DNA of 64,000 nucleotides from Patescibacteria group bacterium (GTDB lineage Bacteria > Patescibacteriota > Minisyncoccia > Phycocordibacterales > UBA918): contig JAZKFU010000011.1 of assembly GCA_040386275.1 (NCBI GenBank), positions 1,383 through 65,382 of the forward strand, given 5' to 3'. A program made the position numbers and the translations under genes. The first letter of the stretch is position 1. Each line of letters begins with the position of its first letter. Of this stretch, positions 49,868 to 58,249 are shown in pieces. Below the pieces are notes generated by a model. It searched no databases. It saw only the letters and a program-made list of their open reading frames with translations, and was not told where the DNA came from.

Positions 49868-50137
49868 TTATTTAGCTTCTGGTACTACAGGAGTAGCATC
49901 TGTTACTTGTGCTTTGATTGCATCACGCTTGGCGTTCATACGCGCTTCACGTTCTGACTTCTTAGCCGCTAAATCTAGTACCATTTTGCCGTTGTAAAAA
50001 CCACAATCAAGGCACATGTGGTGTGGTCGGTGGTTTCCACCACAGTTTTTGCAGATCGCTAACTCAGGACTCTTAAGAGCGTGATGTGAGCGTCTGTTAG
50101 CGGTGTGTGACCGCGTATGTCGCATTCGGATTACCAT
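49868..50137 (-). CDS. rpmF: 50S ribosomal protein L32 (zinc-ribbon form) with C-terminal extension
   Basis: RHTRSHTANRRSHHAL (bL32 N-terminus), CKNCG...CLDCG zinc ribbon. Confidence 0.7.
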   Translation of the reverse strand: MVIRMRHTRSHTANRRSHHALKSPELAICKNCGGNHRPHHMCLDCGFYNGKMVLDLAAKKSEREARMNAKRDAIKAQVTDATPVVPEAK

Positions 50138-50291
50138 AGTGGCGCAACTATAACAAATCTACGTAAAAACGCAAGCAAGCCAAGGAATGTAACAACCATA
50201 GCTAACTTAATTCCTGATTTGTCTCTTTCTAAGGCAAATTGCTAGAACTGTCGCGTAATTGTTAACTTTTTGAGTAAAAAAGAGAGATAAG

Positions 50292-50316
50292 AAAAAAGAC
50301 GGGATATAGTATCCCG
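50292..50316 (-). terminator. rho-independent terminator (minus strand) 3' of small ORF 50356..50541
   Basis: Minus strand gggatactatatccc followed by gtcttttttc. Confidence 0.5.
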
Positions 50317-50355
50317 CCTTTCTGTAACAATCTCCGTCTTGCAAGACCGGAGCTA

Positions 50356-50541
50356 TCAAGCTGCCTGAGCAACCGGCGATACACACTTGAAGTGTTTGCA
50401 CGAAGTCTGAACTTCGGTTGGTCCGCGATTCATTTCGCAAGCGATGTGCGTCACCACACCGTTTTTGCATGAATGCGGGCGTGATTCCCTGTAGTGGGTG
50501 CACCCCTCACAAATTGCACCCTTGGGAAATTCTAGTGCCAT
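50356..50541 (-). CDS. candidate small Cys-rich (zinc-ribbon-like) protein, 61 aa
   Basis: Flanked by a TTGTAA-17-TATAGT promoter (revcomp of 50611-50639) and its own terminator. 7 Cys/His. Confidence 0.3.
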   Translation of the reverse strand: MALEFPKGAICEGCTHYRESRPHSCKNGVVTHIACEMNRGPTEVQTSCKHFKCVSPVAQAA

Positions 50542-50611
50542 TTAGTAGACCCTCGCTGTTTTTGTACAAAACCGCATTTTTACACGGTTACGTCCCTTTG
50601 ACGTTTCCTTA

Positions 50612-51295
50612 CTATACAACGATAACAATATTCTTACAATAGGTAGCCCGATGCAGGGTGGATAACCCATTTTGAGCGATTGCAGCCCTATGAGTCTTCG
50701 TGCCATAGCCTTTATGACGAGCAAAATCATAGGCTTCATAATCACCACGGGTGGCAATTTTAGTCATATATCTATCCCGGGTCACCTTAGCCATAATGGA
50801 CGCGAGTCCTATTACCTTCTCTTTACTATCTCCCTTAATAATCGTCTCTTGATGCACGTACTCCATAGGTGCCCGAAGCGACCCATCCAACTTAACCATA
50901 ACCTCCTCAAGTACGAGGTTTAACCTCGTACTTTTGTTTTTCGAATTTTGTTTGTTTTCAACTTCCTTTTGAAGTTCGAGGCGAGACCTCGAACTTGTGA
51001 GTTTCTTCAGTCCGGTGTTGATGGCTTTTTTGATACACACTGAAATACCGTCGCTGTCTATTTTGTGAGCGGGGACCATCTCGACTACGTACTGGAGCTT
51101 CCCTTCTTTTTGCAATGCCTGTGCATGTTTAAAAATATCTTCACGTTTCTTTTCAGATAATTGTTTACTATCCCCTACACCAGGAATTAACTTCCAATCA
51201 AAACTGACTGGCACAAGAACAAGACCAACCGACACGGGTCCGGCAAGGGGCCCTCTCCCGGCCTCATCTATACCAATTAACCATTTGTATTTCAT
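50612..51295 (-). CDS. rnhB: ribonuclease HII
   Basis: IGIDEAGRGPLAGPV N-terminal catalytic motif. HKGYGT C-terminal motif. Internal low-complexity insertion. Confidence 0.85.
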   Translation of the reverse strand: MKYKWLIGIDEAGRGPLAGPVSVGLVLVPVSFDWKLIPGVGDSKQLSEKKREDIFKHAQALQKEGKLQYVVEMVPAHKIDSDGISVCIKKAINTGLKKLTSSRSRLELQKEVENKQNSKNKSTRLNLVLEEVMVKLDGSLRAPMEYVHQETIIKGDSKEKVIGLASIMAKVTRDRYMTKIATRGDYEAYDFARHKGYGTKTHRAAIAQNGLSTLHRATYCKNIVIVV

Positions 51296-51384
51296 TTTAG
51301 AAATACTACCATATATTGACTTTTTAGTTTTTTATTATATTGTTAGATAGAGACTAGATATTCATCCAGCTGAGGAATTCAAAG

Positions 51385-51717
51385 ATGAACCAAGTTCTTT
51401 CCGGCGTCCTATTGGTCGCACTTACCGCTGGCACTACCCCACTATTTGCAGATTCAGTCGTGATGCTCTGTGATGCCAGCACCGTGATTATCACGGACAA
51501 TGACTTATTGCAGGTCGTTGTCAGTGATGAAGTTGCACCGATGGTCAATATGGTAGTCTGGGACACCACAACCACCCTGAACTCCTCTACTACGCCCAGC
51601 AAAATCAGTCTGTACTGCGCCGACGGTAACCTGTCTATCGGTTACGACGGAATAAATGTGGTTGAGGTTGAAGTCACACTACAAACCGGCGCCCAAATCA
51701 AACAACGCAGTCAATAA
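51385..51717 (+). CDS. small secreted hypothetical protein
   Basis: Signal peptide MNQVLSGVLLVALTAGTTPLFA, GAGGAA RBS. Confidence 0.45.
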   Translation: MNQVLSGVLLVALTAGTTPLFADSVVMLCDASTVIITDNDLLQVVVSDEVAPMVNMVVWDTTTTLNSSTTPSKISLYCADGNLSIGYDGINVVEVEVTLQTGAQIKQRSQ

Positions 51718-51721
51718 CGCT

Positions 51722-51747
51722 ACGCCCGCAATTCTGCGGGCGTTTTT
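51722..51747 (+). terminator. rho-independent terminator
   Basis: acgcccgca-attc-tgcgggcgt + ttttc. Confidence 0.75.
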
Positions 51748-51772
51748 CTGTAGATAACTATGTTTTCTTTTT

Positions 51773-51781
51773 TTGGTATAC
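51773..51781 (+). promoter_or_regulatory. extended -10 element TGgTATACT 7 nt upstream of dnaE ATG (apparent leaderless start)
   Basis: tttggtatactggtgccATG. No room for an RBS. Confidence 0.35.
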
Positions 51782-51788
51782 TGGTGCC

Positions 51789-54700
51789 ATGTCAGAGAAT
51801 TCTTCAATAAAATCAACGTTTGTTCACCTCCACACCCACTCGCACTATACGCTTTTAGGAGCCCTCCCAACCCCCAAAGAACTCGCCAAAGCGGCCAAGG
51901 AAGATGGTCAAGAGGCACTGGCTATTACTGATGCAGGCGCGCTCTATGGAGCAATTGATTTTTATAAAGCCTGCACCAAAGAAGGTATCAAACCAATTAT
52001 TGGTCTTGATGCGTACCTCGCTCCGCGGACGCGCCATGATAAGGAAGCGATGATTGATAAACCGCGCGCGCGAGTAGTACTGTTAGCTAAAACATTTGCC
52101 GGCTATCAAAATCTGATTCAGCTGGTGACGCGGTCAAACTTTGAAGGCTTTTACTACAAACCCCGACTCGATGAGGAGTTACTGAAAGAGTACGCCAAAG
52201 ATTTAATTTGCATCATCCCCTCTTTCGCCGGTGAAGTGGCCCACGCCCTTAAAGATGGCGATACCGAACGTGCTGAACAACGACTTGATTGGTATAAGGG
52301 TGTCTTTGGTGATGATTGTTACCTTGAACTCACTCACCATCCAGCGATGTATGAACACGCCGAAAATCAAAAACGAATTGTGGCGTTAGCGCACAAAACG
52401 AATACCCCACTCGTGGCGGCGCACGATGTGTATTACCTCAAGCCGACCGATAGACTCGCCCGAGCCACGATGCACAAAATTCAAAGTGGTGGAGTAGTTG
52501 ATACCAGTAGCGTCGAAGACGACAATGAGGATTTTAGTTTTATTACTCAAGCCGACGCAGCCGAGCGATTTAAAGATACCCCTGAAGCGTTAACCAACAC
52601 CATCAAGATAGCAGAACAATGTAACGTAGAAATTGAGATTGGTACGCACTGGTATTTCCCTGATTACAAAATTGACTCGGGACGTACCCCGGATGAAGAA
52701 CTCCAAGTAACGGCCTATGAAGGCGTGGCCTGGCGAGGATTATCTATTGAGTCTGAGGAAGTTAAAACGAGACTCGACTATGAGCTGGAGGTAATTAAAA
52801 ACAAAGGCTACGCCAAATACTTCCTCGTGGTAGGTGACTTGCTTCGCGAGTCGCGTGAGCGAGGGATTTTGACAACCATTCGAGGATCAGTGGCGGGCTC
52901 ACTCACTACGTACGTGCTGGGGATTACCAACGTAGACCCCTTGGAATACAAATTACCGTTTGAACGATTCCTTAACCCCGAACGACCATCAGCACCGGAT
53001 ATCGACATGGACTACGCTGATAATCGGCGTGACGAAATTATTGAATACGCCAAATCAAAATATGGTGCTGATAAAGTAGCGCAAATTGGAACCTTCGGAA
53101 CTATGATGGCCCGCGCTGCTGTGCGCGACGTAGCGCGCGCACTTGGTCATCCGTATTCAGTTGGTGACAGACTCGCCAAAATGATTCCGATGGGAAGTCA
53201 GGGATTTGCGATGACTATTAAGCGCGCCATGGAAATTGAGCCGGAGCTGGCCAAACTCTATAAGAGTGACGGTGAGAGTCGTGAAGTACTTGATCTCGCG
53301 CGACAAATTGAAGGGCGCGTCCGCCACCTTGGGGTACACGCCGCGGGTGTGGTTATTGCCCCTGCCCCGTTGTCACAGTTTGTACCGTTGCAACCCGACC
53401 CGAAAACCGGAAAATTTGTGACGCAGTACGAAATGAAATCTGTCGGAGAAGACGGCGTGGGACTACTCAAGTTCGACTTTCTGGGTATTAAAAACCTGGC
53501 GATTTTAGCGGACGCGGTGAAGCGCGTAAAAAAGATTCGTAATGAGGTGGTTGATATTGAAAACATTCCGCTTAATGACCCTAAAACGTTTGCCATTTTA
53601 GCGGCGGGCCAAACGATGGGTCTCTTCCAATTAAATGGTTCGGGGATGACGAGTTTTCTTAAACAGCTCAAGCCGACCAGTATCCACGACATTAACGCGA
53701 TGGTAGCGCTCTACCGCCCGGGACCGATGGAATCAATTCCCCAATACATTGAACGAAAACACAATCCGCAATTGGTGACGTACCTCGACCCGCGCATGAA
53801 AACGATTCTTGATCGTTCATATGGCGTTATTACCTACCAGGACGACGTTATGACGATTGCGCGTGAACTTGCAGGCTACAGCTGGCTTGAAGCTGACATG
53901 TTGCGTAAGGCGATGGGTAAGAAAATTCCGGAGGTGATGGAGGCGGAAAAAGATAAACTCCTCACCGGGTTTGCGAACTTTGGAAAATTACATCCGTCGT
54001 TGGGTGACAAGCTCTGGAAATTGATTGAACCTTTTGCAGCGTACGGATTTAACAAAGCACACGCCGCCTCCTACGGTCGGGTTGCCTACCAAACCGCTTA
54101 CATGAAAGCCAACTACCCAGTTGAATACATGTCTGCGGTGTTAACCGCTGACGCCGGCGACGTGGAAAAGATTTCGGAAATTATTCACGAGTGTGACCGG
54201 ATGGGCATTGAGGTGCTCCCGCCTGATATCAACGAATCGTTTGCCGACTTCTCGGTAGTGCCCGGCACGCAAACTATTCGCTTTGGTTTAACTACCATCA
54301 AAAACTTTGGTGAGGCAATTTCTGAAGCAATTATTGAAGACCGCAAAGCCCACGGCCCGTACACCTCCATGCAGGACTTCTTATCGCGATTAACCCACCG
54401 AAATTTAAATAAAAAATCACTCGAAGCCTTGGTGCTTGTGGGTGCCTTTGATAGTTTCGGAGAACGAGGCTTCCTGCATGCCAACATTGAACACATGCTG
54501 GAGTTTAACCGCGAAAAAGTAGCCGCCCGTGAATCAGCTCAAGACTCACTGTTTGGTATGGGCAGTGGCAGTGTGAGTGACCTCACCTTAACCCCGGCAC
54601 CGCCCGCACCGACCGCGACTAAATTAATTTGGGAAAAAGAGCTGTTGGGAGTATACCTCTCGGGACATCCTCTGGATGCTTTTAAGGAAGAACTCGCCAA

Positions 54701-55025
54701 ACGAGTATCTGTTGAAGCTATCAAAAAAGCCGTGTACGAAAAACAAGAAATTCCTGTCTTGCAAATGAAAGGTTCGCTCGCGACGGCCGGCATCATTACC
54801 GCCATGCGTGAACTCATTACCAAAAAAGGTGACAAAATGGCATTTGTTACACTAGGAGATTTAAAAGACCAAATCGAAATGGTCGCCTTCCCCGAAACCT
54901 ACGCGGAGCAACGAGAACTATTTGTGATTGGTAACTGTATTGCAGTGAAAGGAAAATTAACTATCAGAAACGACGAACCGAGCATTGCGATTGACCGCGT
55001 AAAAGCGCTTGCTCCCAGTACCTAA
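51789..55025 (+). CDS. dnaE: DNA polymerase III alpha subunit
   Basis: PHP domain HLHTHSHYTLLGA, polymerase core, OB fold. 1078 aa. Confidence 0.95.
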   Translation: MSENSSIKSTFVHLHTHSHYTLLGALPTPKELAKAAKEDGQEALAITDAGALYGAIDFYKACTKEGIKPIIGLDAYLAPRTRHDKEAMIDKPRARVVLLAKTFAGYQNLIQLVTRSNFEGFYYKPRLDEELLKEYAKDLICIIPSFAGEVAHALKDGDTERAEQRLDWYKGVFGDDCYLELTHHPAMYEHAENQKRIVALAHKTNTPLVAAHDVYYLKPTDRLARATMHKIQSGGVVDTSSVEDDNEDFSFITQADAAERFKDTPEALTNTIKIAEQCNVEIEIGTHWYFPDYKIDSGRTPDEELQVTAYEGVAWRGLSIESEEVKTRLDYELEVIKNKGYAKYFLVVGDLLRESRERGILTTIRGSVAGSLTTYVLGITNVDPLEYKLPFERFLNPERPSAPDIDMDYADNRRDEIIEYAKSKYGADKVAQIGTFGTMMARAAVRDVARALGHPYSVGDRLAKMIPMGSQGFAMTIKRAMEIEPELAKLYKSDGESREVLDLARQIEGRVRHLGVHAAGVVIAPAPLSQFVPLQPDPKTGKFVTQYEMKSVGEDGVGLLKFDFLGIKNLAILADAVKRVKKIRNEVVDIENIPLNDPKTFAILAAGQTMGLFQLNGSGMTSFLKQLKPTSIHDINAMVALYRPGPMESIPQYIERKHNPQLVTYLDPRMKTILDRSYGVITYQDDVMTIARELAGYSWLEADMLRKAMGKKIPEVMEAEKDKLLTGFANFGKLHPSLGDKLWKLIEPFAAYGFNKAHAASYGRVAYQTAYMKANYPVEYMSAVLTADAGDVEKISEIIHECDRMGIEVLPPDINESFADFSVVPGTQTIRFGLTTIKNFGEAISEAIIEDRKAHGPYTSMQDFLSRLTHRNLNKKSLEALVLVGAFDSFGERGFLHANIEHMLEFNREKVAARESAQDSLFGMGSGSVSDLTLTPAPPAPTATKLIWEKELLGVYLSGHPLDAFKEELAKRVSVEAIKKAVYEKQEIPVLQMKGSLATAGIITAMRELITKKGDKMAFVTLGDLKDQIEMVAFPETYAEQRELFVIGNCIAVKGKLTIRNDEPSIAIDRVKALAPST

Positions 55026-55067
55026 CGTGCTATATTGCTCCGAGAAACTCATAAGGAGCACATAACA

Positions 55068-55538
55068 ATGCAAGGACAGCAACTTGGCGTCATCAACTCT
55101 ATGACTCAATCTGAAGTAAACGTTTCGGATTTAGTGTCGGCTCATGAAGATTTGTTCTATCAACAAAAAGCTTCCAACTTTTCACATCAGGTTTTTACTG
55201 AAAGGAGATTTTTAAACCGTCAGATTGTTAATGACTACACAAAAGCCTTTGAAGCTCAGCGACTTGATTTTGGACGTTCACACAATATGCCCGAGGACAA
55301 AATTCTTAATCCGACATTCCCTCTATTGGAAACGATGGCGTGGTGGATTGCCTACACTCGTAGTCGGGAAGTTGGTCACGGTATGCGTTCATATGTCACA
55401 CCTACTTCAACATATATCGAGGGGCATCGATTGGGTGTTGCGTTACTCGTTAACGAATGTCTCCGAGTTGCATATACCTTTGTAGCACGGGAAGTTGTTT
55501 CCCCTCATAATCAAATCTGGCCCGCAATCACATGGTGA
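55068..55538 (+). CDS. hypothetical protein
   Basis: AAGGAG RBS at 55053-55058. Stop overlapped by terminator hairpin. Confidence 0.45.
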   Translation: MQGQQLGVINSMTQSEVNVSDLVSAHEDLFYQQKASNFSHQVFTERRFLNRQIVNDYTKAFEAQRLDFGRSHNMPEDKILNPTFPLLETMAWWIAYTRSREVGHGMRSYVTPTSTYIEGHRLGVALLVNECLRVAYTFVAREVVSPHNQIWPAITW

Positions 55539-55546
55539 TTGCGGGC
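55518..55546 (+). terminator. rho-independent terminator (perfect palindrome)
   Basis: ggcccgcaatcaca-tg-gtgattgcgggcc + ttatgtatt. Confidence 0.6.
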
Positions 55547-55640
55547 CTTATGTATTAAATATAAAACAAATAAAATATTGGCTTTTATAATAAAAGACGG
55601 TATCCTTGTACGTATGTCATCATTAGAATCAGGAGGAACG

Positions 55641-55883
55641 ATGCCCGATAAAAAAGAAATGATAGTTTCAACCGAAGAGTTGGGAGCAGTATCTAAAGAA
55701 TTAGAAGATAACGCCAATGAAAAGCCAGCTCTCGCTATGTTCTTGGCAAAGCTCCTGGAATCTCCTGAAGCTGACGCCAAAACGCTCGCGGTGGTAGAAA
55801 AAATTGTTCGCAATGAAGCAAGCCCCGAAGAAGTAACCCTTCTGCAAGACAGTCTCGCGCAGTGGATTAATGGAAATCGCTAA
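55641..55883 (+). CDS. hypothetical small acidic protein
   Basis: AGGAGG at 55631-55636. Alternative start 55614. Confidence 0.4.
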   Translation: MPDKKEMIVSTEELGAVSKELEDNANEKPALAMFLAKLLESPEADAKTLAVVEKIVRNEASPEEVTLLQDSLAQWINGNR

Positions 55884-55887
55884 CAAC

Positions 55888-55913
55888 ACGCGCCCGCAAC
55901 CGGGCGCGTTTTC
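55888..55913 (+). terminator. rho-independent terminator
   Basis: acgcgcccg-caac-cgggcgcgt + tttc. Confidence 0.7.
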
Positions 55914-55927
55914 TTATGCCTGAGCAA

Positions 55928-56155
55928 GTTGACCTTTACTCTACAAAAAGCTACCATACTACCACTTCAGAGATTGTGATGGCTACCACCCATCAGTTTG
56001 ACTAATCATCAGTCAGACGGAAATTTCCCTAATCTGCAATACAAAGAGCGTAGACAGCAGACTGTCACGAAGCCCGGTGGAACCGCGTTAGAGACCTTGT
56101 TCTCAATCGTCCGAGCGAACACACAAATTTTTGTGTAGTCGCTCGGGCGATTTTT
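55928..56155 (+). promoter_or_regulatory. candidate T-box-like leader upstream of thrS
   Basis: TTGACC at 55928. AGAGA + GUGA and ACCA (Thr codon ACC + A) candidates in 55940-55975. cccGGTGGAACCGCG at 56073-56087 matches the T-box core GGUGGNACCGCG. Terminator ccgagcga...tcgctcgg + ttttt at 56108-56155. Confidence 0.3.
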
Positions 56156-56185
56156 ATTACCAATAATTACCAACTAGACGTTCAG

Positions 56186-56288
56186 AATCAAATGCAGTAC
56201 GCGGCATGGAGAAAAAGAGTTGTGAGCCGTATGCCTATACGGTGAATAAATCTTAGAGGCTCTATAACAAAGTAACGCATTGATTGTG
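56186..56288 (+). repeat. family A repeat, copy 11 (forward), between leader terminator and thrS start
   Basis: gcggcatggag, then GAGCCGTAT-gcc-TATACGGTGA (56224-56245), then ctataacaaagtaacgcattgattg. Outer aatcaaatgc / gcattgatt. Confidence 0.55.
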
Positions 56289-56306
56289 GACGTCTCCCCC
56301 CCCCAT

Positions 56307-58061
56307 ATGGAAAATTCATTACAAAACAAACGACACACTCTCGCCCACCTCCTCGGTGCCGCGGTGTTACAAAACTACCCACACGCCAAACTCACGCTTG
56401 GTCCGGCGATTGATAACGGGTTTTATTACGACTTTGATTTTACGGGCGGACCAACGCTCGGTGACGATGGACTCAAAGAAGTACAGAAGTCGATGAAGAA
56501 AATCCTCAATGGGTGGAATGAATTTTCACACCGTGAAGTGAGTGTTGACGAAGCGCGCACGCTCTACGCCTCTAATCCGTTCAAGCTAGAGCTCGTGAAT
56601 GAAATCGCCGAACGGGGTGAAACCATTACCCTCTATACAGTCGGGGATTTTACCGACCTTTGTCGGGGCGGACACTGTAAACACCCCAACAAGGAGCTCA
56701 ACACCGATGCTTTTAAACTTGATAAAGTAGCGGGAGCTTATTGGCGTGGTGATGAGAAAAATCCCATGCTCACCCGCGTGTATGGCCTGGCGTTTGATAC
56801 ACCAGAAGAACTACATGAGTATCTCACCATGATTGAAGAAGCCAAAAAACGCGACCACCGTAAACTCGGTAAAGAGATGGGATTGTTTTCGTTTTCTGAA
56901 TTAGTCGGTGCAGGACTTCCCCTTTGGTCACCCAAAGGTACTGCACTGCGTCAACGGCTTGATGCCTTTGTGCAAGAACTCCGCGATGCGCGCGGGTACG
57001 AACACGTGACCATTCCCCACATTGCAAAAAAGTCTCTCTACGAAACCTCAGGTCACTGGAATAAATATAGTGAAGACTTATTTAAAGTGAGCGCTAAAGA
57101 AGGTGATGAACACGAAATGTATGTTCTTAAACCAATGAACTGTCCCCACCACACGCAAATCTATGATGCGGTCCCCCGTTCATACCGTGACCTCCCGCAA
57201 CGCTACGCTGAAACTACTATGGTGTACCGGGCAGAACAGTCAGGAGAATTAAATGGTCTGACTCGGGTACTTTCTATCACTCAAGATGACGCACATGTGT
57301 TTTGTCGCGAATCCCAACTACGTGACGAGATTGAAAAAATTTGGGACATCGTCAATGAATTTTATGGAGCGTTTAATTTCAAATTACGCGTCAGGCTTTC
57401 CTTCCATGACCCGGCTGACAAAGAAAAATATTTAGGTGACGCTAGTATCTGGGAAGAAACAGAAAGTCTGATGAAACAAATCGCCACCGACCGCAACGCC
57501 GACTATTTTGAAGGTGTCGGTGAAGCTGCGTTCTACGCTCCTAAACTCGACTTTATGGCCAAAGATTCAATTGGTCGCACCCACCAGGTAGCTACTATCC
57601 AACTCGATCGATTAATGCCAGGGCGGTTTAATTTATTCTGCACCAACGAAAAGGGTGAGAAGGAACCAATCGTTATGATTCACGCTGCTATTGCTGGATC
57701 ACTAGAACGGTTTTTAGCAGTATTGATCGAACACGTCGGCGGGAACTTCCCGCTCTGGCTCGCACCGGAACAAATAAAAATTATTCCGGTGAATGAAGCA
57801 CATATGCCATATGCAGAAAAAGTGTTTGCCGAACTAAAAGCAGCCGGACTGCGCGTAACACTCGATGGCGATAACGAATCAATGGGCAAGAAAATCCGCG
57901 CCGCCAAAACCAACCGCCTCCCCTACTTCATCGTCCTTGGAGATCAAGAAGTAGCCGACCAAACCGTCACCCTAGAAAAACGAGACGGCACCAAACAAGT
58001 ACTCCCCCTGTCAGACCTAACCCTCAAACTAACCACCGAAGTCCAAACCAAAGCCATCTAA
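56307..58061 (+). CDS. thrS: threonyl-tRNA synthetase (lacks N-terminal TGS domain)
   Basis: Editing domain HxxxH...CxxxH-like region. Class II core FRxE, HCPHHTQIYD zinc site. Anticodon-binding C-terminus. Confidence 0.9.
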   Translation: MENSLQNKRHTLAHLLGAAVLQNYPHAKLTLGPAIDNGFYYDFDFTGGPTLGDDGLKEVQKSMKKILNGWNEFSHREVSVDEARTLYASNPFKLELVNEIAERGETITLYTVGDFTDLCRGGHCKHPNKELNTDAFKLDKVAGAYWRGDEKNPMLTRVYGLAFDTPEELHEYLTMIEEAKKRDHRKLGKEMGLFSFSELVGAGLPLWSPKGTALRQRLDAFVQELRDARGYEHVTIPHIAKKSLYETSGHWNKYSEDLFKVSAKEGDEHEMYVLKPMNCPHHTQIYDAVPRSYRDLPQRYAETTMVYRAEQSGELNGLTRVLSITQDDAHVFCRESQLRDEIEKIWDIVNEFYGAFNFKLRVRLSFHDPADKEKYLGDASIWEETESLMKQIATDRNADYFEGVGEAAFYAPKLDFMAKDSIGRTHQVATIQLDRLMPGRFNLFCTNEKGEKEPIVMIHAAIAGSLERFLAVLIEHVGGNFPLWLAPEQIKIIPVNEAHMPYAEKVFAELKAAGLRVTLDGDNESMGKKIRAAKTNRLPYFIVLGDQEVADQTVTLEKRDGTKQVLPLSDLTLKLTTEVQTKAI

Positions 58062-58092
58062 ATCCTTTCAATCGATTGAAAGCACGTACAAC

Positions 58093-58123
58093 AAAAACCC
58101 TCACGCAAAGCGTGAGGGTTTTT
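58093..58123 (+). terminator. rho-independent terminator after thrS
   Basis: aaaaaccctcacgcaaagcgtgagggttttt. Confidence 0.75.
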
Positions 58124-58189
58124 GCTTAACTCAAGGTCAAGTTCCCGATAAAGTGTCAAAATTAAATGAAGTGCTCAAAGCCATAAAAC

Positions 58190-58214
58190 AAAATCGCCCA
58201 GAAGGGCGATTTTG
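58190..58214 (+). terminator. second bidirectional hairpin
   Basis: aaaatcgccc-agaa-gggcgatttt. Confidence 0.5.
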
Positions 58215-58249
58215 TTTTATGCTCTAAGTCCTCGATAAAATGGATATAG

